From contig JAEURZ010000003.1 of NCBI GenBank assembly GCA_016788905.1, positions 39,262-103,261 of the forward strand: 64,000 nt of DNA, in the 5' to 3' direction. The DNA comes from Elusimicrobiota bacterium. GTDB lineage: Bacteria; Elusimicrobiota; Elusimicrobia; FEN-1173. A program made the position numbers and the translations under genes. Positions 9,080 to 19,300 of the stretch are shown here, in pieces. The first letter of the stretch is position 1; every line of letters starts with the position of its first letter. The notes under the pieces were generated by a model. That model was not told the origin of the DNA. It did not search any database and saw only the letters and a list, made by a program, of their open reading frames with translations.

Positions 9080-10483
9080 ATGAATGCAACGAAAGGTTGG
9101 AAGCTTTACGCGGGCGGATTGGTCTTGGCGGTCCTTTCAACCGCCGGGGTCACCGCTTTGTTGGTGGATATTTTCGAGAAGAAACAAGAAGCCAAAAATC
9201 CCTTTTTTCGTGTGGTGGAGTTGACGGATGAAACGGAAGATCCCGCGGTGTGGGGAAAAAATTTCCCCCAACAGTATGACGCCTACAAACGCACGGTGGA
9301 TATGGTCCGAACGAAATACGGGGGGTCCGAGGCGCTCCCGCGGACGCCCACCGACGCCGATCCTCGATCGGTGGTGGCCACGTCGCGACTGGAATCCGAT
9401 CCCCGTTTGAAAACCATGTGGGCGGGATACGCTTTTTCAAAAGATTTCCGAGAAGAACGCGGGCACGCTTACATGTTGGAGGATCAGACTTACACGGAAC
9501 GTCAACGGGTGGCGCCCCAGCCGGGGACCTGCATGCATTGCCACGCTTCGGTATATGTCCCTTATAAGAAATTGGGGAACGGAGATTTAACCAAAGGCTT
9601 TGAAGCCATGAACCAAATGACTTACCCGGAAGCGCGGAAGTTGGTCAATCACCCGGTGGCCTGCATTGACTGCCACGACTCGGCCACGATGCAACTTCGA
9701 GTCACCCGGCCGGGATTTTTGGAGGGAATCCGGACGCTTAAGCTTTCTCAAGGGGTGAAAGATTATGACGTGAACCGGGACGCCACGCGTCAAGAGATGC
9801 GCTCCTTTGTGTGTGGTCAGTGCCACGTGGAATATTATTTCAAGGGGAAAGAGAAACGGTTGGTTTACCCCTGGCATAAGGGTCTGAAAGCCGAGGAAAT
9901 GTTGGCCTACTACGATGAAGTTGGCCATAAGGATTGGGTTCACGCGGACACAGGGGCCGAGGTTTTGAAAGTTCAGCACCCGGAATTTGAAATGTGGAGC
10001 CAAGGGATTCATTCCCGATCCGGTGTCGCTTGTGCCGATTGCCATATGCCCTACACCCGCATTGGCGCACAGAAGATCTCTGATCACCATGTGCGAAGCC
10101 CTCTCTTGAACGTCAGCCGGGCCTGTCTCACATGCCACAAGTTTTCAGAGGATGAAATGAAAGCCCGGGTGGATATCATTCAAACCCGGACTGTTCAATT
10201 GCGGGACAAGGCCATGGACGCTCTGGTGGAATTGATCCACGACATCAAGAAAGCCAAAGAGGAGGGGGCCACCGATGAACGCCTGGCCATTCCCCGGAAC
10301 GCCCAGCGGCAAGCCCAGTTTCGGTTGGATTTTGTAGAGTCGGAAAACTCCAACGGGTTCCACGCCCCCCAAGAGGCGGCTCGCCTGCTCGGGGAATCCA
10401 TCGATTGGAGCCGGAAAGGGCAGGTGGCTTTACGCGATGGAAAGAAATCGTTGGTTTCGGCGCCGAAATCAACATCCTATTGA
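9080..10483 (+). CDS. nrfA: cytochrome c nitrite reductase NrfA (pentaheme), CXXCH-type first heme
   Basis: Five heme motifs (CMHCH, CIDCH, CGQCH, CADCH, CLTCH) with NrfA-typical spacing and 'CGQCHVEYYF'. Signal/TM 'LYAGGLVLAVLSTAG'. RBS 'aaggag' precedes the ATG at 9080. The ORF-track start at 8963 is an upstream extension. Confidence 0.85.
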   Translation: MNATKGWKLYAGGLVLAVLSTAGVTALLVDIFEKKQEAKNPFFRVVELTDETEDPAVWGKNFPQQYDAYKRTVDMVRTKYGGSEALPRTPTDADPRSVVATSRLESDPRLKTMWAGYAFSKDFREERGHAYMLEDQTYTERQRVAPQPGTCMHCHASVYVPYKKLGNGDLTKGFEAMNQMTYPEARKLVNHPVACIDCHDSATMQLRVTRPGFLEGIRTLKLSQGVKDYDVNRDATRQEMRSFVCGQCHVEYYFKGKEKRLVYPWHKGLKAEEMLAYYDEVGHKDWVHADTGAEVLKVQHPEFEMWSQGIHSRSGVACADCHMPYTRIGAQKISDHHVRSPLLNVSRACLTCHKFSEDEMKARVDIIQTRTVQLRDKAMDALVELIHDIKKAKEEGATDERLAIPRNAQRQAQFRLDFVESENSNGFHAPQEAARLLGESIDWSRKGQVALRDGKKSLVSAPKSTSY

Positions 10484-10490
10484 GCTGAAA

Positions 10491-11531
10491 ATGATTTTAA
10501 CTAACGGATACGCCGCCCAGGCTTCGGACGCCCCCCTTACCCCGTTTCAGTTTGAACGGAGGGATCCCGGCCCCCAAGACGTGGTGATCGAAATTCTCTA
10601 TTGCGGAATTTGTCACAGCGATATCCACTCGGTTCGTAACGAGTGGGCTCATGGGCGGTACCCCATGGTTCCCGGCCATGAGATCGTTGGGCGGGTAAGC
10701 CGTTCGGGGGCCGGCGCGACGAAATTTAAACCGGGGAACCTGGTGGGGGTGGGGTGTTTTGTGGATTCCTGCCGGGTGTGTCCACCCTGCAAAGAGGGGA
10801 CCGAAAATTATTGTGAAAAGGGTCCCCTCTTTACCTACAACGCGGAGGACAAGGCCGGGCAGGTGACCCGGGGAGGCTATTCGTCCCACATCGTGGTGGA
10901 TGAATCCTACGTCCTGCGTATTCCGTCGGGACTTGACCCCGAACGCGCCGCGCCGCTCCTCTGCGCGGGAATCACCACCTACTCCCCGTTAAAACAGTGG
11001 AAGGTCGGCCGTGGCCATCGCCTGGCCGTGGTGGGGTTGGGAGGGTTGGGGCATATGGCGGTGAAGTTTGGGGTTTCTCTGGGAGCTCAGGTGACCGTTA
11101 TAAGTTCTTCCCCAAGCAAACGGGCCGAAGCGCACCTTTTGGGAGCGCACGACTTTGTGGTCACGAAAGATTTGACCCGAAGGGGAGAACTCCAAAGTTC
11201 CTTTGATTTTATCCTGGACACGGTTTCGGCGCCTCATGATATGGATGGGTTGTTGACCCTCCTTCGACGGGAAGGAACCCTCATCCTCGTCGGTGCCTCG
11301 CCAGACCCGTTGCCCGTGAGCCCTTTCTCGCTTATTTTTGGAAGAAAAAACATGGCGGGCTCCTTGATCGGCGGAATTCGGGAGACACAAGAGATGTTGG
11401 ATTTTTGCGCGAAAGCCGGTCTTCAAGCGGACGTGGAAGTGATTCCTTTGTCTCAGGTGAACGAGGCGTACGATCGAGTGGTTCGGGGGGACGTTCGTTA
11501 CCGCTTTGTGTTGGACCTGAAGACCCTGTAA
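10491..11531 (+). CDS. Zn-dependent NADP alcohol dehydrogenase (cinnamyl-alcohol dehydrogenase / YahK-like)
   Basis: 'YCGICHSDIHSVRNEWAHGRYPMVPGHEIVGRV' (catalytic Zn), 'CRVCPPCKEGTENYC' (structural Zn), Rossmann 'LAVVGLGGLGHMAVKF'. ATG at 10491 chosen over the overlapping ORF-track start. Confidence 0.85.
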   Translation: MILTNGYAAQASDAPLTPFQFERRDPGPQDVVIEILYCGICHSDIHSVRNEWAHGRYPMVPGHEIVGRVSRSGAGATKFKPGNLVGVGCFVDSCRVCPPCKEGTENYCEKGPLFTYNAEDKAGQVTRGGYSSHIVVDESYVLRIPSGLDPERAAPLLCAGITTYSPLKQWKVGRGHRLAVVGLGGLGHMAVKFGVSLGAQVTVISSSPSKRAEAHLLGAHDFVVTKDLTRRGELQSSFDFILDTVSAPHDMDGLLTLLRREGTLILVGASPDPLPVSPFSLIFGRKNMAGSLIGGIRETQEMLDFCAKAGLQADVEVIPLSQVNEAYDRVVRGDVRYRFVLDLKTL

Positions 11532-11538
11532 CGACACG

Positions 11539-12690
11539 ATGGACCTCTACTTTGACAACGCGGCCACTTCTTGGCCGAAACCACCCGCCGTCTTAAAAAG
11601 TTTTGAGACCTACCAGCGCACCGTGGGCGCGAGCGCCGGTCGCGGGGCTTACCCCCGGGCCCAGGCCTCGGGATCGATACTCGCGGCCTGCCGGAAGGCG
11701 TTGGCGGTTCTGGTCAACGCCCCGGACCCGGAACGAGTGATTTTTACACTCAATTGTTCGGATGCCCTCAATATGGCTATTCAGGGGATCCCCTGGCGAC
11801 GCGGGGATCGTGTTCTTGTCACACCTTTTGAACACAACTCAGTGCTTCGCCCTCTCCACGCGTTGAAGGCGAGGAGGGGGATCCTCATCGATTGTTTGCC
11901 CGTTGATCCGGAGGGGCGGGTTCGGTTGGAGAAATTGTCCGTAAGCCTTCGCCCGAGGACAAAGTTGGTGGCCTGTGTGCACGCTTCAAACGTGACGGGA
12001 GTGATCCAACCCGTGGCGGAAGTGGGGGCTTTCGCTCGAAGAAAAGGGATCCCCTTTCTGGTGGATGCCGCTCAATCGGCTGGTGCGATTCCCTTGGACA
12101 TGGGCGCGATGAAAATTGATCTTTTGGCTTTTCCCGGACACAAAGGGCTCTTGGGGCCTCTGGGTACTGGGGCCCTTGTCCTTTCAGAAAACATGGATCT
12201 GGAACCTTATCGGCAGGGGGGGACCGGCAGTCTCTCCGAGCTGGAAGTTCAGCCCCTGTTTTACCCGGATCGGCTGGAAACAGGCAGTCATAATGCCCCG
12301 GGGTTGTTGGGTTTATGGAAAGGGGTACAGTATGTCGCCCAGCGGGGCGTGGCCTCGATCCGGAGGCATGAACGGGCCCTCCTTAACCAATTCCGGGAAG
12401 GGATCGACACGATTCCTCAAATACGGTATATTGGTCCTTCCAAGTCCACCCACCAGGTGGCGGTTGTCTCCCTTCTCTTGGCGAATGAAGACCCTCGGCT
12501 TTCCGCGGCCCGGTTGTGGAAAAAAGGGCGGGTGATGGTTCGGGCCGGTCTTCACTGTGCCCCTTGGGCTCACAAACAGATGGGGACTTTTCCCCAGGGG
12601 ACGTTTCGATTTTCGTTTGGGCCGTATGTCACTTCGGCGCAGATCGATCGCGCGTTGGGCGCGCTTCGGGGCCTGGCCCGTGGGACATAA
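11539..12690 (+). CDS. class-V aminotransferase-fold PLP enzyme, cysteine desulfurase / selenocysteine lyase-like
   Basis: 'MDLYFDNAATSWPKPPAVL', PLP-lysine region 'LLAFPGHKGLLGPLGTGAL', overall Csd/SufS-like layout. Confidence 0.75.
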   Translation: MDLYFDNAATSWPKPPAVLKSFETYQRTVGASAGRGAYPRAQASGSILAACRKALAVLVNAPDPERVIFTLNCSDALNMAIQGIPWRRGDRVLVTPFEHNSVLRPLHALKARRGILIDCLPVDPEGRVRLEKLSVSLRPRTKLVACVHASNVTGVIQPVAEVGAFARRKGIPFLVDAAQSAGAIPLDMGAMKIDLLAFPGHKGLLGPLGTGALVLSENMDLEPYRQGGTGSLSELEVQPLFYPDRLETGSHNAPGLLGLWKGVQYVAQRGVASIRRHERALLNQFREGIDTIPQIRYIGPSKSTHQVAVVSLLLANEDPRLSAARLWKKGRVMVRAGLHCAPWAHKQMGTFPQGTFRFSFGPYVTSAQIDRALGALRGLARGT

Positions 12691-12838
12691 GGTGTTCCGA
12701 TAGATTCCCAGAAGAGCCATCGATCACAGTTTTTGGCGTTTTAGCCGATAAGTTATAAAATCCCTCTTGAAGGGGATGGCCCACGGGGAGACGTGTGCCC
12801 TTAAAATCTTTAGCGGAGAGCGACGAAGGGAGAAACCA

Positions 12839-15800
12839 ATGAACCCGAAAGACACCAACGAAGAAGCGCGCATCATCCAGTACATCAACTTGAAGCTGGC
12901 GGCCCGGGGGCAGGCGACCTACGGGGGCGTTTCCGGGGATCTCTTGGAAGTGGCCTGGCCCCTGTTGCAAAACCATCAGGAAAAAAGCCGATTGTTGGCG
13001 GGACATCTTTGTCCGCCGGACCGACGTATCCAAGATTTCCTTGACGCCTATTTGCATGAGCCGGAGGGATTGGAGCCTGTGTCTCTTCCCCATTTGACGT
13101 TCACGTTGGATCGGCCCGGTTTGGCCCGAACGCTTTCCCTTCCCCCGGACCAAGACGAGTTTTCATCTTCGATCATCCACACGTATCGAGTGAAACAGGG
13201 TATTCTGCACAATCCCAAAAGTGATCGACGGACAACCGCGGGCGTGTTTCACGTGGCCGAGGGTGGGTTTGCGGTTCCCTGGGATAAGAAGGCTGTTCCC
13301 AAGGTCGCGTTTCGGAACCTTTTTGCGGCGGCGGTACAACCCCCGGAGGACAACAAAATTCTTCCGTTCACCTCGAGCCAAAAGGAGAAAGTTCGCGTAT
13401 GGGTGTCCCTTCTCCTCCGTCCACTGGTCTGCCCCGCCGTTCCGGGGCTTCGTCCTGAAAAACGAACGGAGGTCCGCTTCTTTGCTCCGGGATCGTTGAT
13501 CAGCAACCTCGATTTCCTGGAGCGCATTTTTGGGAACGCGGGCGATCCCTCCCTTCCCGCCAACGATGCCGCCCTTGATATCGATGGGTGGACCGGACAC
13601 ACGGGGTGCGTTATTTTGGCTCCCCACTTGATTACGTTAAAGAAAAAAGACCTCGGGTTACCCACTCGGGACCAAGCCACTGAGCGTCAAAAAAGAGATG
13701 GCATGTGTTGGGACCATCCCGACGACCTTTACAATGACGGACAAGCCTTTAAGATTACCGCGCGGGATGAGCGGGGCGTGATGGTCACCCTGATTGCAGA
13801 TAATTATTTTGGGTACTGCAAGAAGGAAGTGAAGACGCAGATCAGTTACTCCGCCAATCTTTACGGTTGGGCTGAGGAAGAGCACGCCGGTGGAGCGATC
13901 GCGTTTTCCAGTTACGACCTCGGGGTTCGGTTTGCCCAGGAAGTCCGGGCGCTCCCGCAAAACGGTTTTACTTTCGCCGATATTGCCAAAAATTACGGAG
14001 ACCTTATGGAGGTCCAACCTGAAGGATATGGGGTGGATCGCCGGTTTCCGGACGTTCTCTATGTCCCGGAGGACGCGGTGTTCGACATGACCTCGAAAAC
14101 CGTCTCCTGGGAGTGGGACGGTGTGAAACGGTCCCTTCAACTCATCGCGCGAAACGTTTATATTCTTCCCAATGGGTACAAAGTGTTTCTGTCTCACTCG
14201 GTAGGGGGGCAAGGATGGCATTTGCGAGGCACCTCGGCCGAAGGAACGGTCTGTCATAAGCCCAGCACCGTCAGCGGTGGGGGAAAGTCGGAAATTTCAA
14301 AATCGATTGAGGACGCCATGGTTCAAGGGCCCGTGTTTGTGGCGGATTTTCCCAAAGACATGGACAGAGTGGAAGCCATTATTCGCCGGTCCTATGAGGA
14401 CCGTTTCAAAGATCGTCAACTGGTTAAGAACCCTTCCCGACCGATATTGGGTGTTGATCGATCCCTGGGTTCAGTGATTAAACTATTAACTCCAGCGGCG
14501 TCTTACAGTAACGAATTCAACGAGTGGCTTCGTTCCATTCCGTCGTATATCAAGGATCTGGTTTTCATAGTCAAACGTTTTTACCATTCCGATTGGGGAA
14601 CCGATTGGCGCAGTCATTTCAGTGTGGACATGGTGAACGGTACGTCGGGCCATGAATTAAAGTTGGACGGGCGTCGCTTGCGGGCCACCTATCTTCGGGT
14701 GGGTTTTGAGCGGGACGGATCCCGCCGGATCTGTCGCGTGCGCCAGGATTTTTCTCCCACAGAAAAAGTGCAGACCGAAGATGACATCACGGCCTCCGTG
14801 GTTGTTCCGCGCGAGTCCATCGTTGGGTTGCGTGCGGGGGAAATTCACCCGAGCGTTAAAATTGTGACCAATTGCGAACGACGCTTGTTTCAGCGCCCGG
14901 ATGAGGCGATTCATCCCGGATATGACAAACAAGCTGAGGCGGATTTGTCTGGGAACGAGGTGTTCCTCTCCAACTGGGAACCCATGGGCCCGGCGGAAGC
15001 GCGGACCTTGGTGGATGACGCTCTCTCCTTTGAGCTGTTCACGGCCCCGGTTCGGGATCTATTTCATCGGTTCCTGGCCGATGGAAAACCAGCCTATATC
15101 GTGTCGTCCGCTCGACCGCGCATCGTTGATGGGAAGCCCTCCAAGAATCCCCGGTATTTGCAGGAACGTCCCGACTTGATGAACCCACGGTTGGTGCACG
15201 TCTCTGAAATGGGGACCCGTTTGTATCGAAAGATCCCCATGGGAAAACCTGTCCCCTGGGTGGTGGACGCGGTGCTGCCCGCGCGGCGGAACAATCCCCC
15301 CGAAAACACGAAAAAAGGCATAGGAGCACCACCACTCTGCGTCTACAATCCGATTCATTTCGAGGAACTTCCTGAACTGTTTATGGATTTTGTTTGCAGT
15401 CTCACAGGGAAATCTCCTTCAACGACGGGTTTCGGGTCTGAGGGGGCTTTAACGAAAGGCCCATTCAACGCTCTTCCGCCGGTGATTGACCTGAACAACG
15501 CGATGGTCTCCTATATTTTGACCGGGTATCAAGGGTTCACGACCGCCGCGGGTCATGTGGGGCCCCATATTCAAGTGGACCACGACATCAGTTTGCTGGT
15601 CCCCGAAATCTGGGCCCGTTTGAGCGCCGAAGAGCTGGATCCAGCGTTCCTCATTCGAGAAGGGTATTTGGAACCTGTCTCGGACTTTGTTCATGAGGGT
15701 AAAACGGTTTTGGCCAGCCGGTTGGGGTATCGGATCACCGATAAATTTGTGCGTGGATTCCTTGGAAGAATTTTCAATAACCCGACCATCGTGTTCACTC

Positions 15801-16276
15801 CGGAAATGTTGCAGCCGGAATTGCAGGATCTGGGCGTTTTTGTCCAAGGGGTGAACGCCATTGTCGAGGCTCAGCAGCGTGTGGCGGAAGACTATTTTTC
15901 TGACGGCAGCGTAGCCCTGGCCTGCCCGCCGTTGAAGGCACTCTTACATATAATGGCGAAGGGAAGCTTTGAAGGGAAAGGGCCCTCTCATCCGGACGTT
16001 CGAGCCCTTTTTGACCGTAAAAATCTGCTCAAGAGCGACTGGTATCAGGCCCGTCTTTCCGCTCAACAGAAAAAAGACATCGCTCTCTGGCAGCGCCACG
16101 TGAAGCATATGGAGGCGTCGCTCAAATCCTTTCCTCCCGAAGAGTATCCTCTGATGGGCATTGACGATCGATGGGCTCACGCTAAAAAGATGTTGGCCGA
16201 AGTCAAAAGTCCCGCTTATCGGGAGTCCCTCGTGGGGTGCCTTGGCGTCGATCCAGCTTCTCTTTCTTCCAAATAG
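12839..16276 (+). CDS. large (1145 aa) soluble protein of unknown function. Its size would fit a PPi-dependent PEP carboxykinase-like family, but this is unverified
   Basis: Long uninterrupted ORF with RBS-like 'agggagaaacc' before the ATG at 12839. No TM segments and no motifs I recognise. The PPi-PEPCK suggestion rests on size only. Confidence 0.6.
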   Translation: MNPKDTNEEARIIQYINLKLAARGQATYGGVSGDLLEVAWPLLQNHQEKSRLLAGHLCPPDRRIQDFLDAYLHEPEGLEPVSLPHLTFTLDRPGLARTLSLPPDQDEFSSSIIHTYRVKQGILHNPKSDRRTTAGVFHVAEGGFAVPWDKKAVPKVAFRNLFAAAVQPPEDNKILPFTSSQKEKVRVWVSLLLRPLVCPAVPGLRPEKRTEVRFFAPGSLISNLDFLERIFGNAGDPSLPANDAALDIDGWTGHTGCVILAPHLITLKKKDLGLPTRDQATERQKRDGMCWDHPDDLYNDGQAFKITARDERGVMVTLIADNYFGYCKKEVKTQISYSANLYGWAEEEHAGGAIAFSSYDLGVRFAQEVRALPQNGFTFADIAKNYGDLMEVQPEGYGVDRRFPDVLYVPEDAVFDMTSKTVSWEWDGVKRSLQLIARNVYILPNGYKVFLSHSVGGQGWHLRGTSAEGTVCHKPSTVSGGGKSEISKSIEDAMVQGPVFVADFPKDMDRVEAIIRRSYEDRFKDRQLVKNPSRPILGVDRSLGSVIKLLTPAASYSNEFNEWLRSIPSYIKDLVFIVKRFYHSDWGTDWRSHFSVDMVNGTSGHELKLDGRRLRATYLRVGFERDGSRRICRVRQDFSPTEKVQTEDDITASVVVPRESIVGLRAGEIHPSVKIVTNCERRLFQRPDEAIHPGYDKQAEADLSGNEVFLSNWEPMGPAEARTLVDDALSFELFTAPVRDLFHRFLADGKPAYIVSSARPRIVDGKPSKNPRYLQERPDLMNPRLVHVSEMGTRLYRKIPMGKPVPWVVDAVLPARRNNPPENTKKGIGAPPLCVYNPIHFEELPELFMDFVCSLTGKSPSTTGFGSEGALTKGPFNALPPVIDLNNAMVSYILTGYQGFTTAAGHVGPHIQVDHDISLLVPEIWARLSAEELDPAFLIREGYLEPVSDFVHEGKTVLASRLGYRITDKFVRGFLGRIFNNPTIVFTPEMLQPELQDLGVFVQGVNAIVEAQQRVAEDYFSDGSVALACPPLKALLHIMAKGSFEGKGPSHPDVRALFDRKNLLKSDWYQARLSAQQKKDIALWQRHVKHMEASLKSFPPEEYPLMGIDDRWAHAKKMLAEVKSPAYRESLVGCLGVDPASLSSK

Positions 16277-16328
16277 GGCTCACGTTTTTACCCGTATTTG
16301 ATTTGGGTCAAGGTGAGGTGTGAGAAAA

Positions 16329-16357
16329 TTTACAAAACCGTTACAATTCCTTAAGGT
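16329..16357 (+). promoter_or_regulatory. possible sigma70-like promoter upstream of giant gene 1 (TTTACA-N17-TAAGGT)
   Basis: AT-rich 113-nt intergenic leader; the hexamers were read directly; weak -10. Confidence 0.2.
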
Positions 16358-16389
16358 GTATTGTTGGTGTTTTTCGGTAAAGTGTTGGC

Positions 16390-19300
16390 ATGTTGATCCT
16401 TCCCGGTCAATTCAAAAGGGTGACGGTTGCCATTCTTTCCGTTTCCCTGTTTTTTTCTCAATGTCTTTTTGCCTACCAATCTGAAAATGGATTTTGGGAA
16501 GACCGGCGGAGAGCCACCCAGCGGCAATCTCCAACCCAATTGGCCTCCCGGTCCATGGGATCTCCTTCCCTGGGAGGGGGCGCATTGGCCCCTGTTCCGA
16601 TCCTCAATTCTTCTCTTTCCTCTAACGTTTCGAAATCACTTCCGAAAAGTTTTTTAAAAGACCACGCCAACCTTTTGGCGGTGCTGTCTCCCGCATTTGG
16701 AAATATCCGAAAAGTATCTCTCGGGCACCCCTCTCCCTTTTCCGGCCCCGTGGTCATTCATATTCAAGACGTTCATATGAATCAAGAGGCCCAGTGGAAT
16801 ATCCGCGAAACGGTTCGATCGTTAATTCAGTCGGGCCAGGTGGGCTTGGTGGCTTTGGAAGGAGCCACAGAGGAACTGAACCTCCAACCTTTTGTGGATT
16901 TTCCCTATCGAAGAGCCGTTAAGTCAACGGCGGATTACCTCCTCAAGCAGAACAAAATCACCGGCCCCATTCACGCGGCTTTCACCGCAACGGGAAAACT
17001 GCCTCTCCTACGCGGAATTGATGATCCTGCCCACTATCAAGCCAACGTCCAGGCCTACAAAGATTCCGCTCCGCGGTTGCTGAAAATGCGCGAAGAAGTC
17101 CACGTTTTATCGATTCAGATCGAAGCTGAGAAAGGAGTTGTTTTTTCTCCCACCTTACGTGCGTTTGACCAGAAAGTCCGAGCTTACAGGGCAGAAAAAA
17201 TGGCCCTGGGGGACTATGTTCGGACCCTCATGGAAGTGGGGGGCGATTCTCCTGTCCCAATCGCCCTCCGCCATTTTGGCGAGGCGTTGGAAATGGAACG
17301 CACACTCAACTTCTCTCAGGTGGAGCTTGAGCGGGCCAAGGTAATCGAAGGACTAACGCAAAAACTGGATCCTCAAGAAACCAAAACGATGATGGCCCTA
17401 AGCCTGGCTTATCGGGCCGGGCAACTCAACTACGCCGAATTTTATACGCAATTGAGGGAAACGTGCCGGGCGAAGGGGCTCTCCTTGTCGAATTATCCTG
17501 CCCTGGATGCCTACGTTCGCTATGTGCTTCTGGCTGAGGGAATCGATGCTGAACAGTTATTGGAAGAGATCTCGATCCAGGAAAAACGTGCCTATGATCG
17601 ATTGGCGGCAACGTCGGAAGAAAAAGATTTGATCGCCCGGTCCCGTGAACTCTGGTTAACCGAAAAGTTGTTGGATTTTTCCCTGACACCAGCGGAATGG
17701 AAAGAATACGATACCACCGTTTCCAGGCCGGGGCGGGAGAATCTGCTTTCGTTCGAGTCGTTCTATCGGGAAGCCCATGCCCGTGACGGCGCCATGGCGG
17801 ATAATCTCCTGAACGCTGTGGGGCAAATGCCCCAGGGGAAAAGGGTCTCCATCTTGGTTACCGGTGGATATCACGCGGAAGGGATTGCCAAAAAATTAAC
17901 AGAAAGTGGAACCACGGTCATTTCCTACGTTCCGAAAATCGAAAAAATTGACACGACCCAGGGATCGGCCTACCTCAGTGTTTTCAGTCAAGAGAAATCC
18001 CCATTGGAAAAGCTGTTTTCTGGGAATAAATTATTCTTAGGCATCAACCCTGCGGCGGGTGTGCCGTCAGCGGCTGTGTTGTCTTCGTCTTTAGCCCAGT
18101 TGGAAGGAATTGCTTCGGAGGACCTGGAAAAAATATCTGGCTATGTAAATGAATTTCACCCGGGCATGAAATTATCACTTAAAGATCCTCATCAAATGCC
18201 GGACAGTGGATGGATGGCTGAGGTCCATGTTCAGGTCGGGGACGAAGAAAAGAGTTTTACGCTCATAACAGATCACGAATTCCGTATTAAATCATTCAAC
18301 TTAACCGAAAATGAGGAACGCCCGCCTTTCGCTTGGCTTACGGAAGTTCTCATCCCTGTTCATCACTTTCTCCAGGGCCACGCGGTCAACTTATGGCTCC
18401 GTGAAGGGAAATCCCCTGAGAGTTTTCAATCTTCATTCTTGGCTGCCCGTGAAACTTCCCTTTCTCGTTTAGTTAAGCAAACCTTGGCGGCGCGCAAATT
18501 ACTCCGATCACAAATAAATGCTAACGGAAGGGCGACCGGCTGGATGGGGGTGGGGATTTCTTGGGGGATCGGAGCGGGGGTGGGATTCGTTCGAAAGTGG
18601 TGGGGGAAAACTGAAAAAGGGGAAACCCCTTTCTCCTACGCAAGGCATTTTGTTTCCTGGAATCGGGGATTAAACGCGTCTCGTTCGGAAGATGGGGTGA
18701 ACGCCTTGGTGTCTGTTTCGGCGGGAGGGTTGGCGGGGCAGACGTGGATGGGTATGGCGTTGGACCCTTCTTTTCTTTTTGTGTGTATTTGGTTTTTGTT
18801 GTTTGTGGCGTCGCACTATGAGAAAAGAACAGGCGAAGGGAAAAAATCCTCGCTTGAAAAGCTAACCGGGCAGGCCCCCAGTTTCAGCAAAGCCATACAA
18901 TTGTTCGGGTTTTATCTTCTTCCCCTTTCGTCCTCGGTGTACATGGGGGCGTCTTCGGTGCCCCTGGGCTGGATTCTTTTGGTGGTCTTCCTCTATTTTC
19001 TTCTCATTCGGCGGGTGCATGATCAGATCAATAAAGAAAATGGGGTTCATTTAGGGGCATGGGGAACCTATTCCAATTTCCTTTTCCCAGCGTCAGCGGC
19101 CTACTGGTATGCGCGGTGGAGCGGGAAGGACGCCCAGGAGGCCCATGGGATCGGTCGGAAATGGATCTTTCTGGAAGGGGTCCCGTTGATTGGTTTGATA
19201 CTGATGGGTGGCTTATCTTCAGGTTTGGGAGAAGAAAGCGTGCTCTGGTTCGGTATCGATCCCGTTTTGGGGTCTTTGGCTCTTTTAGGGCACTTTGGGA

